From an uncultured Actinomycetes bacterium (lineage in GTDB: Bacteria > Actinomycetota > Acidimicrobiia > IMCC26256 > DASPTH01), in NCBI GenBank assembly GCA_963720765.1, contig CAVRGS010000013.1, positions 470,467-534,466 of the forward strand: DNA of 64,000 nt, in the 5' to 3' direction. Of this stretch, positions 56,312 through 63,866 are shown in pieces. Numbering within the stretch: position 1 is the first letter of the stretch; every line of letters begins with the position of its first letter. The notes under the pieces were generated by a model, which saw only the letters and a program-made list of their open reading frames with translations, did not search any database and was not told where the DNA came from. Both the position numbers and the translations under genes were made by a program.

Positions 56312-57821
56312 AGGGGTGGACCCGACAGAAGTAGGTGTACGTGCCGGCGGCGAGGTCGGAGGGCGTGCTCCACGTCGTGCTGCCCGACGTCGGCTGGCCC
56401 GCGTCGCCGAGCTGGCCGGAGTCGAACTGCACGTCGGCATCGGCGAGCGGGTAGGCGACGCCGGTCGACGCGGTGCACGGTGCCTTGCACGCAGTGATCG
56501 AGTGCCACACGTTCTGGTCGGCGGCGTCGAAGTTGTCGAAGGTGATGCTCTGACCCTCGGTGACGGTCGGGATCTTGCCCTTCGCCGCGAGGTCCCCGGC
56601 GCCGTACTCGAAGCTGCCGATCGGGATGGTCGTCTCGAGCGGACCCGACGCCGGCCTTGCGGGCGTCGAGGAAGGTCGTGGTCGCCTTCCCGCCGTGGTT
56701 GTCGTTCTCCGGCAGGTGCCCGTGGGTGAGCACGCCCTTCTGGTCGATCTGCTGCGTGAACGGGTCCTTGCCGCCCGGGACCGTCGTACATCCACACCAC
56801 CCCGAGGCCCATCGACTCGTACCACGAGGCGCGGGTCGTGTCGTAGGTGGTCGTGAGGCTCAGCGTGTCGCCCGCCTTCACCGCGACCTGCCAATCGTCG
56901 GGCGTGGCCGTCATCGACACGTCCCACGACACCGCCCCCGCGGGCTCGAAGTACTTCGCCTTCGACGTGAAGATCGTCTTCGTCTGGTCGCCGCGCGTGA
57001 CGGAGAAGGTGTCGTGGAGACCACCGGGGTGCAGGTGGCCGAACGTCTTCACCAGCACGCCGTCGGTGGGCACCGTGTACGTGTTGACGTGCGGCGCGTT
57101 GGGATCGTCGTCGGGGTAGGTGAACTTCCCGTTCGTGCCGCTGCCCTTGAGCGCGTCGAACACCGGGTAGACCTTGCCGTTCTGCACGTCGAGCCAGATC
57201 GGGTGCACGTCCTTCATCGACGCTCGCCTTGGGCGACGACGCGGGTACGAAGTCGACGTCGTAGGTGAGCGACGCCTTGAACGGCTTCGCCGTGAGGTCG
57301 TGGATCATGTAGTTGAGGTACCAGCGGTCGGCGGTGCTGTAGCGGTAGCCGAACCCATCGGGCAGCTCGAGCGTCGTCTTCTCCTCACCGGCAGCGATGA
57401 AGCGCTCGGGGAACAACGGGAACGTCGCGTCGCGGCGGTTGGCGACCGCCCACACGCCGTGGTGCAGGTGCAGCACGTCGACCGGCGGCACCTTCCCGTT
57501 CGGGAACTGCAAGCCCGGCTTGAAGCCGACGACCCACCCGTCTTCCTCCGGCTGGGGGATCTGGAACGTGTTCGTCTGGATCAGGTTCTGCCCCGGCGCG
57601 ATGTCGAGCGGCCCGTACTCGAAGTGGAAGTGCTGCACGCCGTCCTTGTCGGTCGTCGGCGCGGCAGTGGTCGTGGTCGACCGGGCGTCACCGGACGTCA
57701 CACTGGTCTGCGCCTGCGCGCTCGTCTCGCTCAGCACGGTCGCGGCGACCCCGCCGGCGAGGAGCAACGCCAGGACGAGGGTGACCAGAGCGATCTTCAG
57801 GGGGCGGCCGCGCATCTGCAT
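56142..57821 (-). pseudogene. Secreted His-rich copper-protein candidate (type-2 Cu monooxygenase-like core plus C-terminal cupredoxin) with three frame breaks and an uncertain 3' end
   Basis: Signal peptide MQMRGRPLKIALVTLVLALLLAGGVAA. HFHFEYGP and VDVLHLHHGVWAV are followed after a break by TFGHLHPGGLHD and YESMGLGVVWMYDGPG. After two more breaks comes a cupredoxin-like tail ...VWHSITACKAPC...GTYTYFCRVHPFMRGAFRVV. Breaks near 57222, 56775 and 56640. The only in-frame stop (56142) would overlap the LivG-like gene by 170 nt. Confidence 0.55.
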
Positions 57822-57866
57822 CACGGTAGCGATGCGCCTTCAGCCGAAGCGCGCGGTGGCGCGAAG

Positions 57867-58406
57867 ATGCGCGATCTGCTCGAATCGGACTCGATGTCCG
57901 ACGACGCGGCGACAGCGCGGGCGCAGTGGCGCGCCGACGAGGAGCAGTGGACACGCGCTGCGCACGAACGGTGGGAGCACAGCCGCGGGCTCGCCGACGT
58001 CTTGCGTGACTGCATGCATCGCGGCGACACGGTGACGTTCCGGTTCGAGTCGCACGTGTGGGTGGGCGTCGTCGTCGCGGTGGGGCTCGACATCGCGCGC
58101 CTCGACACCGGTGACACGCGGGTGGACCTCCGGCTCGCCGCCGACTCGCCGTTCGTGGTCCGTGTGCGGGCCGACGGCCGCGACGATGACGGCGTTCGCG
58201 AGCGACGCGACGCGGGCGCGCTCACGACGTTCACCGCACGGCTACGGGAGATCGACGGCACAGCAGTGTGCATCGGCACCGCGACCGGCTCACTCGAGGG
58301 TCGTCTCCGGATCGGCGCCGATCAGGTCCGGATGACCGACGTCGACGGCGGGGCGGCCCACGTGCCGACCGGATCGGTCCGGTGGGTGCGCCCACTCGAC
58401 GACTGA
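57867..58406 (+). CDS. Hypothetical protein
   Basis: ATG 57867 (MRDLLESDSMSDDAATARAQWRADEEQWTRAAHERWEH...), 179 aa. ATG 57894 is an alternative start. No motif recognised. Confidence 0.5.
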   Translation: MRDLLESDSMSDDAATARAQWRADEEQWTRAAHERWEHSRGLADVLRDCMHRGDTVTFRFESHVWVGVVVAVGLDIARLDTGDTRVDLRLAADSPFVVRVRADGRDDDGVRERRDAGALTTFTARLREIDGTAVCIGTATGSLEGRLRIGADQVRMTDVDGGAAHVPTGSVRWVRPLDD

Positions 58407-58573
58407 TCGACGCCCGGCAACGCCGCCAGCCACGCCAGCAGTTCGTCGCGCAGGAAGCGCAGCTCCCTCCCGCCGGGGAAGCGATGGCAGGGAACCCGTC
58501 CCGCCCGGACCATGCGCCGCAGGTATTCGACGTTCACCTGGAGGAGCTCGGCTGCCATCGCCGCCGTGAGCAC
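58322..58573 (-). CDS. Excisionase-family (MerR-superfamily) helix-turn-helix DNA-binding protein
   Basis: VLTAAMAAELLQVNVEYLRRMVRAGRVPCHRFPGGRELRFLRDELLAWL matches the short excisionase-type HTH pattern. Start GTG 58573 or ATG 58558. The in-frame stop at 58322 overlaps the convergent 57867..58406 gene by 85 nt, so the 3' end is doubtful. Confidence 0.5.
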   Translation of the reverse strand: MLTAAMAAELLQVNVEYLRRMVRAGRVPCHRFPGGRELRFLRDELLAWLAALPGVDQSSSGRTHRTDPVGTWAAPPSTSVIRT

Positions 58574-58630
58574 CGGCGGGAAGTCGGAGCCGGCCTCGGG
58601 CGACACCTCCACGCCGCCACCGTAGTGCCG

Positions 58631-58710
58631 GGAATGTCCGGTTCGAAAGGGCTTGACCGGTATCCGCAGGAAAGTGCATACTGCACCTGTTGGTAGGAAC
58701 CGGACATTCC
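58631..58710. promoter_or_regulatory. Candidate tad-operon promoter bracketed by a perfect 14-bp inverted repeat
   Basis: GGAATGTCCGGTTC (58631-58644) and GAACCGGACATTCC (58697-58710). Between them are TTGACC (58653-58658), an 18-nt spacer and CATACT (58677-58682). The latter is embedded in the palindrome GTGCA-TAC-TGCAC (58674-58686). GGAGGAGGGG then lies 9 nt before the cpaB ATG at 58745. Confidence 0.4.
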
Positions 58711-58744
58711 GCTCGGACGGAGCCCGGAGGAGGGGCAGACACAC

Positions 58745-59485
58745 ATGACCACGGCAAGGGTCACCGACGCCCGAGGAGCCGAGGCCGTTGCGCCACCCGG
58801 CGCGCTCGCGTCCCCGTCACGTCGCCGCGGTCGGGTCTCCCGGGGCCACGTGGTGATGGCGTTGGCGGGGATCATGGGCGTCGTCCTGTCGTTCGCCGTG
58901 CTCCGGGAACGCCAGGGTGAGACTGCGGTGCTCGTGGCCGCGCACGAGATCCGGGCCGGGGAGACGATCACCGCGTCCGACCTCCGCCCCGTGCGGGTCA
59001 CGCTGACGCCTGACGTCCTGGCGACCGTGGCACGAGCGCACGATCGTGGTCGTCTCCGCGGACGCATCGCCGGGAGCACGATCGCCGAAGGTGAGCTCGT
59101 GACCACGCGCACGCTGCGGTCGCGAGCCGCGCCGCACCGACTGCGCGCCATGAGCATCCCGATCGATCCCGCGCGTGCCGTCGGTGGTCGGATCGCGGCC
59201 GGCGATCGGATCGACGTGCTGTTCGCGGGGCGACAGTCGGTGTCGATCATCGTGGCCGACGCGCCGGTGCTCGCGGTCGATGCGCGCGGTCGCGCCGGGA
59301 TCGGTGAGTCGGCGAGCCCGTTCACGGTGACGGTGGGGGTGAACGCACGCCAGTCGCAGCTCGTCGCGGCTGCGGTCGCCGACGGCGAGATCTCACTCGC
59401 TCGCACCACAGGCGCCGAGTCGGCGCGTGGCGTCGCACCCGAGTCGCTCGATCGCGTCGGTGGCGTCGATCCGGGTGCCCGATGA
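58745..59485 (+). CDS. cpaB: Flp pilus assembly protein CpaB/RcpC-like (SAF domain)
   Basis: An N-terminal TM segment (VVMALAGIMGVVLSFAVL) is followed by a SAF-like segment AVLVAAHEIRAGETITASDLRPVRV and a beta-rich C-terminal part. First gene of the operon. Confidence 0.8.
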   Translation: MTTARVTDARGAEAVAPPGALASPSRRRGRVSRGHVVMALAGIMGVVLSFAVLRERQGETAVLVAAHEIRAGETITASDLRPVRVTLTPDVLATVARAHDRGRLRGRIAGSTIAEGELVTTRTLRSRAAPHRLRAMSIPIDPARAVGGRIAAGDRIDVLFAGRQSVSIIVADAPVLAVDARGRAGIGESASPFTVTVGVNARQSQLVAAAVADGEISLARTTGAESARGVAPESLDRVGGVDPGAR

Positions 59486-60657
59486 CTCGGCTGGAGCCGT
59501 CGGTGGCGCTCGTGTTCTCGCCCGAGGCGTGGGTCGAGGAGCTCCATCGTCATCTGTCGCACCATGGTGGCGCCCGCGTGCGGCAGATCGTGGTCGAGCC
59601 GTCGGTCGCGCTCGACGAGGAGTACGACGTGCTCGTCGTCAGTGACCGGTGGCCGGCACTGACCTACGGGTTCGTCGGGACGGTGCACGCGCGGGGACGC
59701 TCGATCCTCGGGGTGTTCGACCCCGAGCAACCCGCGGGCAAGGAGCACCTCCTCGGCCTGGGCGTCGAGGCCACGATCGCGGCCGACGCCCTGGTGGCGG
59801 AGTTCGTGGCAGCGCTGCAAGAGATCCAGAGCGCGACGGCGACGAGCCCGATCGAGCGGAGCACCTCGGTGTCGCACCCCGTCGGTGCGCGCGACACCGA
59901 ATCGTCGGGCACGGTCGTGGCGGTGTCGGGGGCTCGCGGGAGCGGGATCACCGAGGTCGCACTCGGCGTCGCGAGCTCGCTGGCCCACCGTCGGCGCTCC
60001 GTCCTGGTCTTCGACGGGCACGAGGCCGCGCCCGCGCTCGCGGGGCGTCTCGGGCTCGGACTCGAGCCGAACCTCCGGACCGCGGTCGACGCGTGCGCGC
60101 ACGGCCTCGGTGCGCTCGACGACTGCGTCGTCGCCGTCGTCGACCGAGGTTCCGTGCAGCTCCGCGCGCTCGCCGGCCATCCGAGCGCGATCGCGGCATC
60201 GCAGGTGAGCACGCAGGACGTGCTCGACGTCGTCGCCGCCGCGAGGCGCGTCCACGACTTCGTGATCGTCGACCTGGAGGAACGCACACCTACGGCGCAT
60301 GAGGTGACGGGGATCGCCGACCTGGTCGTGGGCGTCGTCCATGCCAGCCCGGTCGGCGTCGTGCGCGGTCTGGAGTGGACCGTCGACACGGTGGGCCGGG
60401 GCATCAACGCTCCGCTGCACCTCGTCGTCAACCACGCGCCGAGGAGCCGGTTCCGCCAGGAGGAGATCCGGGCCGAGATCGAACGTGCGGTGCGACCCAC
60501 GTCGATGGTCTGGTGTCCCCATGACCGAGCGGTCGAGTCGGCGGCGTGGGACGGGGTCCCGGTGCCCCGTGGCGGGTTCCACGCCGCGTGCACCCGGGTC
60601 GGCGACGTGCTCGACCCGCGGGCGACCCGGACGGCGGGTCGGAGGTGGTCGCGATGA
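59482..60657 (+). CDS. CpaE/TadZ-like ParA/MinD-fold protein with a receiver-like N-domain and a Lys-less P-loop
   Basis: ATGA overlap with cpaB. The N-terminal ~120 aa are receiver-like. The P-loop region VAVSGARGSGITEVALGVA lacks the conserved Lys. The MinD-like remainder includes DFVIVDLEE. Confidence 0.75.
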   Translation: MTRLEPSVALVFSPEAWVEELHRHLSHHGGARVRQIVVEPSVALDEEYDVLVVSDRWPALTYGFVGTVHARGRSILGVFDPEQPAGKEHLLGLGVEATIAADALVAEFVAALQEIQSATATSPIERSTSVSHPVGARDTESSGTVVAVSGARGSGITEVALGVASSLAHRRRSVLVFDGHEAAPALAGRLGLGLEPNLRTAVDACAHGLGALDDCVVAVVDRGSVQLRALAGHPSAIAASQVSTQDVLDVVAAARRVHDFVIVDLEERTPTAHEVTGIADLVVGVVHASPVGVVRGLEWTVDTVGRGINAPLHLVVNHAPRSRFRQEEIRAEIERAVRPTSMVWCPHDRAVESAAWDGVPVPRGGFHAACTRVGDVLDPRATRTAGRRWSR

Positions 60658-61927
60658 CCGTCGATGCCTACGACGTGATCCGTCGCGAGGTGCACGTACG
60701 GATCGATCGGCGACGCCTCCGGCCCGACGTCGACCACGAGGCGGTTCGGGGCGAGGTGGGTGCGACCGTCGACGAGTACCAGCGCGCGGCCATGCTCGGC
60801 GAGCACCTGCCCCTTGTCGGATCCGTCGGAGCTCGCGGACCGTGTGCTCCGGTCGATCACCGATCTCGGCCCGCTGACCGACCTCCTCGCTCGACGCGAC
60901 GTCGAGGAGATCTTCATCGAGGGACCGCGCGTGTCGTACCTCGACGGTTCGGGGCGTCTGCGCGGTCTCACCGTGCCGACCAGTGAGGACGAGAACCGTC
61001 AGGTCATCGAGCGCATGCTCGCGGCAACCGACCGACAGCTCAACACCAAGCATCCGCTGGTGCAGGCGCGCGTGCTCGGCGGATCGGCCCGGCTCACCGC
61101 TGCGATCCCGCCCGTGGGCGATCAGCTCTCGGCGACCCTCCGACGCTACGTGGTGCGCAACGTCACCCTGGCCGATCTGGTCGCGCGCGATTCGCTCTCG
61201 CAGCAGGCGGCTGCGTTCTTGCACCTCCTCATGCAACTCCGCAGCAGGGTCACGGTGTCCGGGGAGCCTGGCGCGGGCAAGACCACGCTGCTCGCGGCGC
61301 TGCTCGCGGCCGCACCGACGAGTCACTGCGTGCGCGCCTGCGAGGAGATCCGCGAGCTCGCGGTGCCGATCACGCACGGCTCGTACTACGAGGTGCGTCC
61401 ACCCGCGCTCGACGGTACCGGCGAGATCACCCTGCGCGACTTGGTCAAGTTCGTGCTCGCGATGAGGCCGGACCGAATCGTGGTGGGGGAGGTGCGCGGC
61501 TCCGAAGCGTTCGAGCTCAGTCGGGCGGTCAACGCCGGCTGCGGCTTCCTCTGCACTGTGCACGCGAACAGCGCGTCGGAAGCGCTCGACGCGCTCGGTG
61601 AACGCCGCGCTCATGGCCGGTGAGAACGTCACCGAGCGAATCGTCCGCAAGGTGTTCTCGGAATCGCTCGACGTGGTGGTGCACCTCGATCGTGACGATG
61701 TGGTCGGAGCCGACAGCGAGAGCATCCGGCGTCGAGTCGTCGAGATCGCCGCCGTCGTGCCTGCACTGCGCGACGACTTCACCGTCGAGCCATTGTTCGT
61801 GCGCGACGACCGTCGCGGTCCGCTGCGTTGGACCGGTGCGTTGCCACCGTCACTCGCGACGCGGCTCGAACGAGTGGGCCACGCCGGGGTGCACGACGTC
61901 CTCGCCCATGCGGGGAGCGGGTCGTGA
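60654..61927 (+). pseudogene. cpaF: CpaF/TadA-type secretion ATPase (T2SS-E family) with two frame breaks
   Basis: ATGA overlap with the upstream gene. Walker A SGEPGAGKTTLL, IVVGEVRGSEAFEL and CTVHANSA are in frame 60760..61623. The N-terminus is in frame 60546 and the C-terminus (NAALMAGENVTERIVRKVF...) in frame 61598. Breaks near 60816 and 61596. Confidence 0.86.
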
Positions 61928-62826
61928 CGCTGCTCGCTGCTCTCGCGGTGGGTGCGTTCTGCTTGCTGGTGGCCGGCCGCGTCGTCGGACAGCCGGTCGA
62001 ACCGCGGAGCTGGGTGCGTCGGGAGGGTCGGGGCGACGTGGCGGAGCTCTGGCTCGCGCAGGCCGGTGCCGGGGTGTCGCCCGCGCAATTCGTGCTCGGC
62101 TCACTCGGGGTCGGCGTCGCCACGTTCGCGATCACCTTCTTCGTCACCGGGACGCCGCTCGTCGCCTTCGTCCCCGCCCTCGCCGCGGCGACGCTTCCTC
62201 GCGCGTACTTCGGACGCCGCCGGGCGGCCCGTCTTCGTGAGCTGCAGGCGGCCTGGCCCGACGGCCTGCGCGACGTCGGCGCCTCGCTCGCGGCCGGTCG
62301 TTCGTTGGGGCACGCCCTGGTCACGCTGGCCGAGACCGGTCCGCCGGCGCTGCGCGACGCGTTCACCCGGTTCCCGACGTTGTCCCGGATGCTCGGGCCG
62401 GTCGCCGCACTCGAGGTGGTGAAGGCCGAGCTCGCCGATCCCACCAGCGACCGCGTGATCGAGGTCCTGATCCTGGCGCAGGAGCGCGGCGGCCCGATCG
62501 TGGCCCGGATCCTCGACGACCTGGTGGTGACCACCACGAAGGACCTCAAGGTGCTCGACGAGGTCGAGTCGGAAGGTCTCGAGATGAAGCTCAATGCCCG
62601 CGCCGTCCTGGTGATGCCGTGGCTGGTGCTGATCGCACTCACGATCCGCGACGGTGCGTTTCGCGACTTCTACTCGTCGCCCGCAGGTCTCGTGGTGGTG
62701 GTCGTCGGTGCCGCGCTGTGCGCCGTCGGCGCCTGGTGGATCGGCCGTCTCGGGCGCACCTGCGAGGAACGACGCGTGTTCGGTGGCGCGCACCCGTTGG
62801 AGACGCCGTCGGCGGTGTCGCTGTGA
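61924..62826 (+). CDS. tadB: Type II secretion system F-family membrane protein (TadB-like)
   Basis: GTGA overlap with cpaF. TM segments flank a cytoplasmic T2SSF-like domain (...LQAAWPDGLRDVGASLAAGRSLGHALVTLAE...). Intact 300 aa. Confidence 0.78.
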   Translation: MTLLAALAVGAFCLLVAGRVVGQPVEPRSWVRREGRGDVAELWLAQAGAGVSPAQFVLGSLGVGVATFAITFFVTGTPLVAFVPALAAATLPRAYFGRRRAARLRELQAAWPDGLRDVGASLAAGRSLGHALVTLAETGPPALRDAFTRFPTLSRMLGPVAALEVVKAELADPTSDRVIEVLILAQERGGPIVARILDDLVVTTTKDLKVLDEVESEGLEMKLNARAVLVMPWLVLIALTIRDGAFRDFYSSPAGLVVVVVGAALCAVGAWWIGRLGRTCEERRVFGGAHPLETPSAVSL

Positions 62827-63797
62827 CCGACACCGCGGTGGTCGTGGGCGCGCTCAGCGCGGGTGTGGCTGCGGTCGGAATCGCCGCGGTGCTGGTACCG
62901 CCGACCCGCCGGCTCGCGCCGCGGGTGCGGCCCTACACCGTCGCGGCGCGCACTCGCTTCGGGCGTGGTGTCGACGCCGCCGACCTGGTGACGGACCGGC
63001 TCGTCGGGCCGTTCTCTTGGTCATCGTCATCGTCATCCTCGTCGTCGACCGTGGCGCGCGTGTTCGGGCCGCCGATCCTCGCTCTCGTGCACCGGGTGGG
63101 CCGTGCCCTGGAACGGCGGACCGACACCGCGCTGGCGCGTTCGCTGCAGCAGGCGGGGTTCGTCGACGTCAGCCCCGACGAGTACCGCACCCGCATGGCC
63201 GTGCAGGTGCTCGCGTTCGGTGCTGCGGGAGCGGGATTGGGTGTCGTCGTGCTCCACCGTCCGCTCGCGGCGATCGGTCTCGGCCTGTGCGGGGTCGTCT
63301 TCGGTGCATCGCGTCAGCGGGGGCGGCTCGACCGCGCCATCGCTGATCGGCGTGAACGGATCCGGCTCGAGCTCTACACGGTGAACCAGTTGTTGGCCAT
63401 GCATGTACGTACGGGTGCCGGGCCGGTGCAGGCCACGCAGCGAACCGTCGAGCGCGGCCAGGGAGTCGTGGTCGACGAGCTCCGCGCCGTGCTCGCCGCG
63501 ATGCGCAACGGTGTGAGCGAACCCGACGCGTTCCGGCACGCGGCCGAGGTCACACCCGAGCCCGCAGCCGCGCGCACCTACAAGTTGTTCGCCGCGGGTG
63601 CCGAACGCGGCGTCGACCTCGCCGACGGCCTGCGGGCGTTGAGCGAGGATCTGCGCGACTCACGTCGTGAGGAGATCCGTCAGACCGCGACCAGGCGTCG
63701 TGCCGCCATGCTCGTCCCCACGATCGCAGTGCTCGCTCCGGTGATGTTGTTGTTCATCGCCGCGCCCTTGCCATCGATCGTGTTCGGGAGCCGGTGA
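62823..63797 (+). CDS. tadC: Type II secretion system F-family membrane protein (TadC-like)
   Basis: GTGA overlap with tadB. T2SSF-like region (...RIRLELYTVNQLLAMHVRTGAGPVQATQRTVERG...) with a C-terminal TM segment. Intact 324 aa. Contains a nine-Ser run. Confidence 0.72.
   Translation: MTDTAVVVGALSAGVAAVGIAAVLVPPTRRLAPRVRPYTVAARTRFGRGVDAADLVTDRLVGPFSWSSSSSSSSSTVARVFGPPILALVHRVGRALERRTDTALARSLQQAGFVDVSPDEYRTRMAVQVLAFGAAGAGLGVVVLHRPLAAIGLGLCGVVFGASRQRGRLDRAIADRRERIRLELYTVNQLLAMHVRTGAGPVQATQRTVERGQGVVVDELRAVLAAMRNGVSEPDAFRHAAEVTPEPAAARTYKLFAAGAERGVDLADGLRALSEDLRDSRREEIRQTATRRRAAMLVPTIAVLAPVMLLFIAAPLPSIVFGSR
63021..63047 (+). repeat. Nine consecutive Ser codons ((TCA TCG)x2 TCA TCC TCG TCG TCG) inside tadC
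   Basis: tcatcgtcatcgtcatcctcgtcgtcg encodes S9 in the sequence GPFSWSSSSSSSSSTVARV. The trinucleotide/hexanucleotide periodicity is visible directly. Confidence 0.9.
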
Positions 63798-63866
63798 TGC
63801 GGACACAGGTCGTGGCAACCCCAGCCGGCCGCGGCGCTCGCCCGACCGCCGAACCAAGGAGCACCC

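Noticed and set aside
58322-58573. The excisionase-family HTH gene as a marker of an integrated prophage or ICE.
   Set aside because: No integrase, recombinase, tRNA target, direct att-like repeats or phage-like genes occur anywhere nearby. The flanking genes are ordinary chromosomal ones, and the gene sits in the control region of the tad operon.
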